Shown here: piece after piece, positions 50,050 to 62,463 of the stretch
Layout of the letters: every line of letters begins with the position of its first letter
Position numbering within the stretch: the stretch's first letter is position 1
Assembly: GCA_003971905.1 (NCBI GenBank)
Contig: RSEE01000088.1
Location: 1 to 64,000 of the forward strand
Length of the DNA stretch: 64,000 nt
DNA from: Moniliella sp. 'wahieum'
Taxonomy: Eukaryota
Direction: 5' to 3'
Translations under genes and position numbers: made by a program
The notes under the pieces: generated by a model
What the model was told of the DNA's origin: nothing
What the model saw: only the letters and a program-made list of their open reading frames with translations
The model's database searches: none

Positions 50050-51064
50050 ACAATACAGCACCAGAACAAGACGAAACAGGAAGAAAAGGCAATGCACACC
50101 TTGTACCTCGGTGTGCTGGCTTGCAGCTCGTGTGGGCGTCGCAAGTGGGGAGGAGACGGGCGAGCAAGTGCTGGGTCGAAGGGAAGATGGTACCAAACCC
50201 ATCAGCGTGGAAGGAAAGGTCAACCACTGAGGCAAATTGTGCATCTGATCATTGGCCTTGGCGCGGGGGGCCCTGGAGGGGCGCCAGGGCGGAAAAGCCT
50301 GTCGCGGTTGCGGTTGCGGTTGCGGGTCCGGGGGCGTGTGCGAGTGCGATGCGAGTGCGAGTGCGAAGGCAGGAGGAGTTCCTGTGGCGGGAGGAGCATG
50401 TGTCGTCGGTCACTGGCAAAGTGGGCTACAAAGTCGGTGGCATGTACGAGGCGGAAAGTTGGTGCAAGCGGGGGGTGGTCCGGGGCAAGGGGAAACTGAG
50501 TTGGAGGTACCGCTGGAGATGTTACTGGCTGGGAGGATCATCCGCTTGCGCGCGGCACAGAGCGAGTCCCAGTCGTACACCCACCCTTATGGACCAACAC
50601 CACATGGCTATTTGCGTGTCAGTTGCGCCTACGCCCAGTGGTCCTGCAGTTCGCAAGGGGAGAGGAGGGGGACGTACTAGTCCCATACGACTGGTGCGCC
50701 AGGGGGAGAGAAGGGAGAGAAGGTAGGGGAGAAGGGTAAGCGTGATGCCGCGCAAGGGGGGAGGGGAGAAGAAGCACGTACCGTATGCGCCCTGCTCGAG
50801 AGGCACGTGGGAGGCGCGTTGGAAGAAGGTGGCAACGGTCTGGGTGGGGTTGGTGATGATGACGACGTGCCCGGCGGGCAGGAGGCGGGCGAGTTGGTAG
50901 GCGTTTTCTGGCTGGTCAGCCGCGGCGGCGAGTGGGGGCGACGGGGGCGAGGGAGAGAGACCAACCTTCGCAGAAGTAGGGCGCGTACAGGTGCGGCTCT
51001 GGGAAGGGCGGTGCCGAGGGCATGGCGGACAGACCGCTCGTCTTCACGGCGTGCGACTGGACAT
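50050..51064 (-). CDS. Hypothetical protein divergent from PIF1
   Basis: Protein-like pieces (PSAPPFPEPHLY; ENAYQLARLLPAGHVVIITNP) and a GTACGT donor near 50781; heavily frameshifted. Confidence 0.35.
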
Positions 51065-51300
51065 GGCGATGGGACGCACAGCTAACCAGTGATATTGCCT
51101 GGTGCAGGGCCACGTGATTCGCACGTGACAGCTTGCAGCCACTTGCAATTTGAAACAACGCCCACTGGGTGTTGGATGTTGGTTGCTGCGCCCAAATTCC
51201 AGCCGGCACCACTCCTATTCAGTACTCATTCCAAGGCAGCTCTTCTCAGGCGCCAGCTCCACCCAGCCTGCTCCGGCTCATCCTCACTGCCGCGCCCACT

Positions 51301-54115
51301 ATGCCCGCCAAGCGCGCTGCCAGCCCCCGTGGCACACAACCCCACACAAACGTCCCCCCGCCCGCCTTCCCACGCGGGACGCCGACGCAACCGCAGACGC
51401 GGACGACGACCACGAATTCAGCGACGACAGCCTCGACTGGGACCTGTGCGCGGCCGTTGCCGACGAGGTGCTTACCCCCCGCGCGCCGCAGCACCGGCCG
51501 AAACAGGAGACTGGTACCAACGCAAGCCCCTCGCTTTTGTTCTGTCCTCCCAGGGCGGACGGCAGCGCTAGTGTGACAAAGGCGGGTGCGCATTCTCGTG
51601 TACCCTTGTGCTCGCCGTCTCGGGTGCGGTCGTCAGGTACGCCTACGCCTGCCTTGGCCGCACCTACTCCGCCTGCGGACAGCGGTTCGCCCCGACCCGC
51701 CAATCCAGCCCTGCAGCGACGCCAATGCACATGTACGTGTACCTGTGGTGCAGCGGAGTACAATCGCCTGTTGGACCGGCAACAGGCAGCCCTGTCGGAC
51801 GCACCTTCCTCTTTCGCTGCGCCGTGTAGGCAGAGAGGCGTGATGTCCCCCTCGCCCCGGGACGCAAAGAGGTTTAGTCCGCTTGTGTCGTCCCCCAAGC
51901 GCCCTCGACCCAGTCCGAACCAGAGCCCCACCGTGCTCTGCGGCCCACCAGCAGTTTCTCTCCCGGCCTTGTCTGCGCCTGTAGCACCATCTACTACTGC
52001 ACCCGTCCCTGCACCCGCCTCTGCACCCGCCCGCCCATTACGTTCCGACAACCCTCTGTCCCCTCAGCAGCAAGATGTGCTGGAAAGAATTGTGGAGGGG
52101 AAACAGTCGCTCCTTTTCACGGGTGGGGCAGGCACGGGAAAATCAGTGCTAGTGCGTGCGCTGGTGAAAGAGTTACGAAAAGTGTACCCCGACCCGCGTG
52201 CGGTGGGGGTATGTGCAATGACGGGCGTTGCTGCTCTGCATGTGGGTGGTCAGACATTACATTCCTGGTCGGGAGTAGGACTGGGCAACTTACCTGTTCA
52301 CGCGCCTGAGGATGCCCAACGGCACAATTGTCTTCTCACCACGTGTCACGGAACAAGCAAGCGCGACGGACATGGGAGAATGCGCAGGTACTGGTAGTGG
52401 ACGAAGTATCGATGCTGGATGCCGTCTTGTTTGACAAACTCGAGTTGTTGGCGCGGTTGTTACGTGGGTGCAGCAAACCCTTTGGCGGAATCCAACTTGT
52501 TCTCGTAGGGGACTTTTGTCAGTTGCCCCCCGTGGTTAAGAGTCCCACGTTTTATGGTGCGGGCGATACCGCGACGCAGCTCAAGATCGAGTACCAGCAG
52601 CTCTGTGCTACCTATCCTTCACGATTCGTTTTGACGCCAAGAGTTGGGCGCGGTGCGTGCCGCAAGTGGTGGTGCTGAACCATGTCTTTCGTCAAGCCGA
52701 TATGAAGTTTGTCAGGATGCTCGAGGAGGCTCGCCACGGTACCTTATCCCCTACTACCATTTCTGCTTCCAGCGTCTCTCGCGTCCGCTCGACACGAGCG
52801 ATGGGATCGAGCCCACCGATCTGTTCCCCCTACGAGAACAGGTGGAACGAGCGAACCTGAGTCGGCTACGGGCCTTGCCCGGCCAATCGCACTTTTCATT
52901 GCGCGGGACGACAGCTTTGTGCACAAAGTGCGCCCCAACCAACCTCGGGAAAAGGTGGAGGAACAAATCAAGGTCTTTCTCGACAAGCATGTGTGTTGCG
53001 CCAGCCAAAGTGGAACTCAAGGTGGGAGCTCAAGTGATGTTGTTGAAGAACTTATCCAATGGACTGGTCAATGGATCGTGGGCATCGTTATTGGGTTTGA
53101 AAAGTTGCGCCATGCCCAAGTGGCGCACGATCAAGATGGAAGGGCGTTCATGGTCGACTCAAAGCACGCTTCTACTCCCAAGAAGGAAATGTCCTCATCC
53201 ACTTCCCCATTCACGTGCCGGCCACAGCGGACGCCGAGGGGTCAGCGAGACACCCTCAGTTCCGTCCGACAGTGTCCAGGCACACGTCACCGAAACGCCT
53301 ACACCCGACCCTGCCGCCTTGGAGCCCGAGCCTGCTCTCCCGAACGCTGGCAAGGACTTAGGGACCAACGAGGAAGGTGAACCTTTATTCACCGTCAGCA
53401 CCTCCCCGCCTCTGTCCCAGTGGCCCATCCCTCTACCCGTTCTCCTGCGGCGGCCATTCTGGAAGCGAAACAAGCTGAACGTGAAGCGGCCGCATGCGAT
53501 ACGTCTTCCGTCCCCTCACTGGGCATTGGGCTAGGGGTGGAAATTGCAGTGGCCTCGGTCAACCGGAAGGGCAAACCGAAGATTGATGCTGTGCAGCAGT
53601 CGCTTCGTTATGCGCAGGAGGGTACATCTTACCCCGTTGTCCGTTTCGCTGGGGGACAAGTGCTCTTCCTGCCTAGCATGCCGTTCCAAGTACAGTCTCC
53701 CATTGGAGACGACGAAGCGCAACGAGTCCAAGTACGTTCCGTTTTTCCTCTCTCTACCTCCCCCAAAGTGTGCTGTAGAAGAAGAGCTAGAAGAGCTAGA
53801 AGAGCTAACGTCTCACTAGGTCCCTTTGATGCTGGCCTGGTCCATGTCGATCCATAAGGCACAAGGCCAGACGCTGGAAAAGAGCCGCGTCGACTTTACG
53901 CGCATGTTTGAGCGAGGACAAGGCTACGTCGCCCTGTCGCGATGCACGACAATGGAGGGGCTGCAGGTGATTGGGTTTGACCCGGCTCGAGTTATGGCCC
54001 ACCCCGTGTGCTGGAATGGGAAGCCACCCTGCCACCTTGTCCTTCAGCCTGGCGCACCGTCCAACCCAATGCGTCGGGGCCTGACAAGGACAGCAGCGCC
54101 ACCCTGGAAGAGTGA
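51301..54115 (+). CDS. PIF1: Pif1-family 5'-3' DNA helicase
   Basis: [96 protein letters not shown]. Intron 53732-53819; frameshifts. Confidence 0.96.
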
Positions 54116-54688
54116 TAGGGAGGTGAGATGGGACGGCTACCGAGGGATCTCAATCATTAATCAGAACGGTTGGGGTAGAGTGGGCATGATGCATGTTTAC
54201 ATGTTGCACTGCAGCGACGTTCTACGGCAGCCAGACGGTGCGGTCTGGGCTGCCAGACAAATAGATGAGCGAGGACGAGGAAACGAGGTGAGCGAAGAGG
54301 TGAGGGTGGGAGGTGGCAGGAAGAACAGATGAATGTGCCAGCGGTGTCTACTACATTTACGGCGCTTACAATTGGAATCAGGTGGAGGCGCCATGGGAAA
54401 ACTCGGTGCAGGCCACGGCTTCATTCTGACTACTAGGCCACTGGTGCCCCAGGCGGTAGTGCGGCTCGGCTACCGAATGGCTCCCTAGGCGGGTGAACTA
54501 GGGCCAGTTCATGTCTGTCTGAGTTTAACCCCCCCCCCCACTCTGTGGGAGCTCATTTTCTTCGTTCATACCCTTCTGTCCCCCCATTCTTGGAACCAGA
54601 GAGCAGACCAGCTCGGCAGTAAGTACTATGCATTTGGCTCTCTCAGTGCAAAGCACCAGAGAGCAGACCAGCTCGGCGTACAGTGGAG

Positions 54689-54960
54689 GACGCGAGGACA
54701 CTACAGCACCAAGACGACGGGCAAGATATTTCCCATCGGAATGATTTGGCTACTGAGTCTCAATGGAAATGGTTCCTCGCTCGGATGTCAGCCACGCTCA
54801 TCCGTGTCCACGCGCGCTTCCTAGGGTACGGGACCGGATGGCGACCACCGGAGGGTCCTGATATCCTGGTGATCCGCCTGGTTCCTTACCAACCTTGGTG
54901 GCGCTTCCAAGTAACCCCCGCAAGATGAACGGTTCGGTTTAGACGTGTAGCGTGCGATTT
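54689..54960 (+). mobile_element. 5'-truncated 3' end of the CRE-like retrotransposon (second copy)
   Basis: Clearly similar to 31139-31407 (shared GGTTCCTCGCTCGGATGTC, CGCGCTTCCTAGGGTACGGGA, GGCGCTTCCAAGTAACCCCCGCAAGATGAACGGTT); encodes KWFLARMSATLIRVHARF. Confidence 0.8.
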
Positions 54961-55798
54961 GAAGTCCAGGCTCATCGATCATTGATCAGATCCATATGGC
55001 CCCCTCACAGACTGCTGATCCGCTCCGGGGCGACAGTCCCACATGCCCAGTCTCTCTGTTCCCCACACAAGGGTGTTGGCACGGGCACACGGGACCTGAC
55101 GCCGTCACATCCCGCGCAAGCTCTGATTCGACTGCGGGGGCAGGGGCAGGAGCAGGGGCAGAGGCAGAGGCAGAGGCAGAGGCAGACACTTATAGTAAGC
55201 CTCTCCTCACGTCACCGGTTATCGGGTACAGTTCACCTCATCTTACCTCACCTGTGAACGTGCGCAACGTGGGCACAGACAAGAAAGGTACGGGGAGGAT
55301 ACATGGATTGTTGATATGGGGCTCAGACGAAGGGGGCCAGACGGAAAAGGATGAAAAGCAAAGCAGACAAGATGGCCAAGGGAGAGGGAAGCCGTTACAT
55401 GGGTACCGAACCAGGTGGGAGGGTGTGAGATGGCAGAGACAGAGGCGGAGGCGGGTGTACAACGAGGCGGTTGCGTTGGCTCGCTGGTGTGCCAAGAGCC
55501 GAGGGGAGAGGAGAGTCTATCGTAGCAGTTTGGAGAGTGCCGAGCCAAGGAAGGAAATGGGGAATGGGGAATGGAGGATGAGGGATGGGGGATGGGGAAC
55601 TGACGTGGGCAAGGGCAAAGCGGGATGGCAAGGAGGAGGGCGAACAAGATGTCACGAATTTGGGCAGCGCAAGGCGCGAGGGCGGGGGAAGGGTCGTGTC
55701 GTTCAGAGAAAGGTCCAGGTCCAGGTGGAAACCTCAAGCGTAAACCTCAAGGCGCCAGGCTAAGACGCAAGAAAACAAGGTCAAAGTACCGAGGGGAC

Positions 55799-57988
55799 TT
55801 ATTCGCCCGTGTCCATACGTGCAAAGGAAAGGGACGGATAGGATCCGAGGTTGAAACCGGAGGAATCGCGAAGCGAGCGAGCGCCCAAGGACATGCCCAA
55901 ACCATCGTCTCGTCCCGAGTAGGAGAATCCCGAAAACTGGTGTTGGACTGAGGACGATAGCACGCCATCCTCTTCTCCGTCCATAGTCGTTTTGCCTGAC
56001 CCGAGCTGGGCATCGTCTGCCAAGCCAACGCCATTGGCTTCGCCCGTAACGACGGAGCGCAGATCGGTGCCGGTAAATTCAGGATCAAAGTTGGCCACCG
56101 ACTCTTCCGATTCGACCAGTGGCTTAAATGGCGGCGGAATGGTCTTGTTGGCCAACGCGACCCAGTCAATCGAGTTGAAAAAGGGATGCTGCTTGAGATC
56201 GGCTGCGTCATTCAGTGCGCCAAGACGGTGTTTCGGGTTACGATTGAGAAGTCCCTTGACAAATTGCTTCCCATCGTCCCCGATCGCACCCCGGGGGAAC
56301 TTGATCTTGCCAAAACAAATGTTACGGTACATTTGTTGCGTGTCCTCTGCGTAAAACGGCGACCAGCCACAGCACATTTCGAATAGCAGTCTAGTCAAAG
56401 CAGATTGTCAGTCAGTCAGTCAGTCAGTCAGTCAGTCAGTCCCCTGTAGGTACCCTCCGCAAGCGAAACACTTGGGGAGGAAACACGTTGGATTCGATGC
56501 ACGTACACGCCCAAACTCCAAAAGTCCACCAACTTGGAGTAGCCCGATTCATCCAGCAGTACCTCGGGGGCAAGGTACTCGGTCGTACCGCAGAAGGTGG
56601 AGGTCAACTGTCCGTTGCCCAAGTCTGGCTTGGACAGACCAAAATCGCACAACGCCACATGGCCCATGGCGTCGAGAAGGATATTTTCAGGCTTCAAGTC
56701 GCGGTAGACAATGTTGTAGTTATGAAGGTGTTCGAGGGCAAGGACGAGTTCGGCAATGTAAATTTCGCGCGTTCCTCGGTAAAGCGGCCCTCGCGTTGAA
56801 GGTGCCAGAACAGCTCGCCTCCCGACTTGTAGTCGGTAACAAAGAAGAGCTCGGTTTCAGATTGAAAGGAGAACTTGAGGCCGACTAAAAGGGACAATCT
56901 AGCGATTTCTCCAGAATCTTGCGTTCGCCCATCGTGTGCACCACTTCCTTTTTGAGTGCAATCTCTCGCTTGCTCAGCACCTTCATTGCATAGATCCGCC
57001 GCGTGTCCTTCTTGCGCACTTGAAACACCCGACCAAACGTGCCGCGCCCAATCAACTTCATGTACTCAAAATCCCGAGGGGTAAGCTTGGAGCGCGACGT
57101 GGAGCGTTCGTACCGCAGGCGGACCTGGACTTGGCCGCGCTCGACGCCGGAGGAGGGGACGGCAAGCGAGCCATCGGGATTGGTACCTTCCCGACCAATC
57201 AGCGGGTACCAAAGTTCGCTGGTGCGGTGGTCGGAAAGGTGCGGGGTAATGTCGCGCATGCCAATAAAGCCTTCATCCGCCGCATGGCGGTCGTACACCG
57301 AGATGAACACTTTGGGGCCCTCGTACGTCACATCAAACATGACCTCGTCGTTCCACACTGGGTCGTACGCAGAGGCAGAAGCAGCGGTGGCGGCCATGCC
57401 CGACGCGGGAGGCTCCGCGTCCAGCATCATTGTATCGCCACCTTGGTCGGAAAGGGGCGCATTGATCGGCTCGCGGCCGACAAACTCATTCTTATCAAAG
57501 CTCACCACCGCATACGGGCGGGAATGGGGGGTGATGCCAGGCAGGTTGCGAGCGCCCAGGATGGAGACGGTGAGCTGGCCCTTGGGGGCAGAGGTGTTGC
57601 GTGTGCGGCCGGCGGCGGGCGGGGGAGCGACGGCGATGCCAACAGGGCAGCAAGGGACGCAGGCGCGGGCGCAGGCGCGGGCGGCGGCAAGGAGGGCCCC
57701 GTAGCGGACGGGGGAGGGAGCGGGGGGCCGTTGCGATCTCGGGTGACGGGGGTGCGGGGGGGCAGGTGGAGGGCAAAGTCGGGCGGGGCGGTGGAGAGGT
57801 GGGTGGTGGGCAGGGCGGTGTGGAGGCCGCCGGGGGTGAGGAGGGGAGGAGAGGCGGGAGGGCGCAGGCGGGGCGGCGGTGGGGACGGCGGTGGGGACGG
57901 CGGCGTCAAAGGGGTTCTGCTCGTTGAGGACGGAGGCGCGTGGGGTGAGCTGGTCGGCGGGGGTGGGGGTATAGAGGCCACGGAGCAT
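55799..57988 (-). CDS. SCH9: AGC kinase Sch9/Sck1 with C2 domain
   Basis: C2 ([31 protein letters not shown]), [65 protein letters not shown], hydrophobic motif FSGFSY. Intron 56506-56391. Confidence 0.96.
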
Positions 57989-59599
57989 GGCGGTGGTGGT
58001 GGTGGTGGGGTGGCAAGTGCGCTGCGCATGCAGGCGGTGGGAAGGCATGTGGCCTGGGCTGCCCAGTAGGGTTAGCCCATGGCGGGGGGCTGGGATTACT
58101 GATTGTTTGTTTGTGGTCGCTGCCGGCGTCGCTGCCGGCGTCGCTGCCGACGGCGGCGGGTGGGGGCTCAGTACTCAGTCGCTCAATGGCCGTCGCCGCT
58201 CCATTGTGAGCCGCCGCACGCACGATGCTGCGCGGCGTGTGCGGTGGGGGGGGCGCGGTGGGCGTGGCGAGGCGGCTGGCCTGTGCTGCGGGCGGCGTGT
58301 TGGTCGCTCTCTCTCCACGGGGACCCACCAATATCATCAACCAATCCTAATCATCGCTCTGCCACATCATCGATCATCGCTGCCAATCCGCCCGTGTGGC
58401 TTGCCAGCACTCGGTACTCCGACTGGGTACTGAGCCTCAGCCTGAGGGTTTGTCCCTCCGCCCTGGTTCGATTCGACTGGTGGCAGCGCGATGCGCTCCC
58501 AATCCCAGCAGACTCAGGGACGCATACACGTCGGGGATAGCCAGCTGGTGGCCACCCGTGGCTTCACTAGCACTACGAATCACCAGTGAGGTCACCGACC
58601 ACCGTGACCCAACCTCTCCACGACGCACTGTCACCATCATGTCACCGCCCCGCTTTCGGCAGCGTTTCCATCATCATTCTCACGATGCGTTCATCCCCTG
58701 GCCCAGCCCAGCCCAACTCAGCCCACCGAATCCCATCCGCCAGGAGGTGTATACCTTGCAGCCTATCTTCGTCCAGGCCCCTGCCTACGGCGTGCCTACG
58801 CATCACACATGCCATGGCCCTAAACGGGACGTATGAATACAACGCAACCTGGGGGATTAGATCTTAGACTGAGGCCTCGGGCTTGAGCTTGAGCTGGAGC
58901 TTGAGCTGGAGCTTGAGCCTCAAGGCTCAGGTGCGCTCAGGCCTCGAGAGCCATAGTGTAGGCCTTAGGGGGGCCACGCGGGCGCCGAGGGGGGAAGGGG
59001 AGGGGAGGGGGGGGGTTCAATCATCAATCCTCCATCTTCAATCTTCAATCGGCGATCTGAGATATTTAATGACACCAACCAACTTACTTGTCCCAGGCCG
59101 GGGAGGTGTCCACGTTTCCACGTTTCCACGTTTCCGCGTTGCGTTTCCTTTCCAAGTGACATTGTTCACGGTACGTTTCCGCGGTGCGTTTGTTGTGCAC
59201 GTTAGGTAGCGGGGTATCCGGAAGCCAAGTGACTATGACTAGTGACTAGTGATCCTCGGCACGCGACTCGCAACGTTCGCTTTCCTGTCCCCCGCCCGAC
59301 CGGGACTGTGACTGTGACTGGGACCGGGACAGCCGCGGCGGGGCCAAGCGAGAGGCGACATAGGCAAAGGCAAGAGCCACCACGAGTGTAGCCACGTGCG
59401 CCGGGCACGACGAAGTGACCGTGCAGCGCGGACCGAGGGCGGACACTTGCATACCTCGCCTCCGTGAGCAACAGGAACCGGTTCTGCGTCGTGCTCTCGT
59501 TCTCGTTCTCCTTCTCGTTCTCGTTCTCGACCTGGGTCCGACGGTGCCGAGGTATGCGACGCAGGGCCGGACGTGACGGGTGCCAGGGAGGCCGGAGCC

Positions 59600-61959
59600 G
59601 AGGCGGAGACGGACAGTGGGGCGGAAACGACGGCAGAAGGAGCAGTGGAGGTGCAAGTGGAATTGGAATTGGAATTGGAAGTGGAAGTGGAATTGGAGTT
59701 GGAATTGGAGTTGGAAGTGGAGGTGCAAGTGCACGCGGAGGTGGATGGCGATGGTCGATCCGGCTGAACGGTCCTGGGAACCCAAGGACGAAGGTGTGGC
59801 GTGGTCCTCGACTCGGTCCGGTAAGAGCTGGGAGGAGCAACGGGGGCGAAGGTGCTGTTGGACCAGAGCTCCCGTCCAACGCCGATAACGACGGAAGCAT
59901 CTCCGCTTCCCCCAGCACGACCGACAACAACGGATCTTCCCACTCGATCCCGAGGGCCGGGGGAAAGTCCACCCCGTATCCACCTCCACCTCGACCCGGG
60001 ACAGGACACGGTCACGATCACGATCGCTCTCGCCGCCGTCCCGATCACGATCGTCATGCAGATCTCCGTCCCGATCACGACCAAGATCCCGCGCACCCTC
60101 CCGCTCACCATGACGAGCACGCTCATGCCCAGTACCTCGGATAGAACGTAGCCCTCCCCCCGCGTCTCGACAAGGCGATCGGTTTGGGTCCTGGTCTCGG
60201 TCGCACCTTCTGTCCCGGTCCCCGTCCCGGTCCCGACCGTTGCCGTGCGAACGGATGGAATCTCCATCGTGGCACCCGTCTCGGTCTCGGATACACGTCC
60301 CGTCGCGGTCCAGCATCAGGTCCCGGTCGCCGTCGCGCGGACGTAGAGGCGTTTTGCCTTTGCCCCGAACCCGATCCCGATCCCGATCCTCTTCCACCGC
60401 CACTTCAGGCGCGAGGGTCAAGTTGAGTCCCTTGCCCAAGGTCTTAAAGGGGGCCGGGCCGGTCTCAGGGCCGAGCGGGTAGAGCGGTGGTGGGCCAAAG
60501 GGACCGCCGAGGGGGAAGAAAGGTAGACCCCAAGGTAAGGCCATTGTGGCCGGTAAAGGTGCCGGTAAAGGAGGTGGGAAAACAGGAACCGAAGGTGACG
60601 CGGGCATTCGTTCCTCTTGTTGCGCCAACAAACTTTTCAGCCGTTTGATTTCTGCACGGAGGGCTTTACCTGCTTCGTCGGCTGGCGGCGCCGGCGGGTG
60701 GCCAAAGAGCGGCGCGAGAATATCGTGCGCACTGGGAGGACGAAGCGCAGGCGCGCAAGGTGGCGTAGAGGAGGTGGACGTGTCGCTACTACTGCCACTG
60801 TATGCGACGGATCCTGACCCCGAGGCAGACCCAGTAGGCGCAACTGTACATCCATCTTCCACACTGGGGGTGAGATGACCTTGGTGCTCAACGACCTGCT
60901 GCAGCGCCGTCAATACCTCAGCGTCCTCACAGGCCAAGGCAGCCAGTACACTGGACGCGGGTGCGGAAGCGGAAGTGGAAGCGGAAGCAGGAGCAGAAGC
61001 CGAAACCGAAACCGAAGCCGAAGTCGGAGCTGACGATGCACCCTGTGCCGTGGACAGGACGGTGAGCAATACCCAAGCCAGACGACCCAGGGCACGACAG
61101 CGGCCATCAAGGAGGTCCAGCTGTTCACGGCGCCTTTGGCGCGAAAGGAAGGCGGCAGCGCGGTTCTTGACCAGACGTGCTTCGCGCTTGGTCAGGCCGC
61201 TCGTGTCGGGCGGAACGAAGAGGGTGCTATGGGTGCGCTCGTATCGATGAGCGGCATGGGCTTGCCGGCTGCACTAAAGCGCTGGGCACCGACCGGGGCG
61301 GACGTTTGGGTCCAGGCTGTCGCGGCACAGGCGGGAGGGAGACGGGGGCGGGCAAGGCCGCGGGGAAGGGGGGGGGGGAGGAGCTGGAGGTGCGTGGGAG
61401 CGGGCCAGGGCGGCGGGGGCAGACGATGTGGGGGCGGAGGTGTTTTGTGCGACGGACGAGGGGGGAGCAGAAGCAGAGGCAGAAGCAGAGGCAGAGGCAG
61501 AGGCAGAGGCAGAAGTAGAGGCAGAAGCAGAGGCAGAAGCAGAAGCGGGGCAGGAACCAGAGCCAGAGCAGGGCGCTTGGGCAGCGGGACAGCGACGGCG
61601 TGTTCGGGGAGGCGGGGGCGCTTGAGTGGGCGGGGCGCGCAGAGTTCAGGGTGGGGCAGAAGGGCATGGGGTGGGGGGGGCGCGGGGGCGGGACGGGGTG
61701 TGGGTGTTATCTTTGTCGTCGTCGTCGTCGGGGCGGGGGCGGGGGCGGGGGTACAGATCGAGGCAGAGGCAGAGGCAGACGAGGTAACAGCAGGGGCTTT
61801 TGTCGAGACGTTTTGCGGAGCGTTTTGGGGAGAAGCAGAGGCAGGAGACGGTGGGGGCTTGGGGCCAGGCAGCAGCGGCGGCCCAAGCGTGGGCGGGAGC
61901 GACGCAGACATGGGGCGGTTAGCAGCGGGCTGGGGGGCGGGACAGGCGGAGCGTCGCAT
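59600..61959 (-). CDS. bZIP transcription factor with low-complexity flanks
   Basis: Minus strand about 61235-61110 reads TLFVPPDTSGLTKREARLVKNRAAAFLSRQRRREQLDL (bZIP basic region), missed by the ORF track because of frameshifts. Ends approximate. Confidence 0.8.
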
Positions 61960-62463
61960 CGTGGCGGGGGTGAATGGGGGTGGGAATGGCGATGGGAATG
62001 GGGGTGGAATGGGGGTGGGAATGGGGGTGGGAATGGGAATGGCGATGGGGATGGCAATGGCGATGGCGATCCCAATGGCAATGGCAATCCCACGCAAGGG
62101 GCTGCCGGCGGTGTTGGCGGCTGGGCTGGTTGGTGTTCCCCCCAGGAAGGAAGGATGGCTGCTGGAGCGTCGGTGAGCCCCAACGCTCCTCGGCCAGGCG
62201 CCACGCCCCACCGCCTGGTCTGTGCTCTGCCGGCACCAGCCCAGTGTGCGCTGCTCAGCCCCGGCCCGCCCGGCCGGCCCCCGACCTGCCCCGACGCGCG
62301 CCCACACTGCCGCCCAGCCGCCTGCCCGGTTCGCCGTCCCCCCCCCGCAACCCTACGCCCCCAGCTGAGGTAAGCAGTTCGCCCTACGTAAGCACCCCCC
62401 CCTCCCCATGTCCGTCGGACGCCCAAGAAGCACCCCCCCACCGCCCCCACCCCCCACCGCCCA

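Noticed and set aside
51301..54115. PIF1 as a Helitron helicase
   Set aside because: No Rep/HUH domain or Helitron termini; it looks like the cellular gene among housekeeping neighbours.
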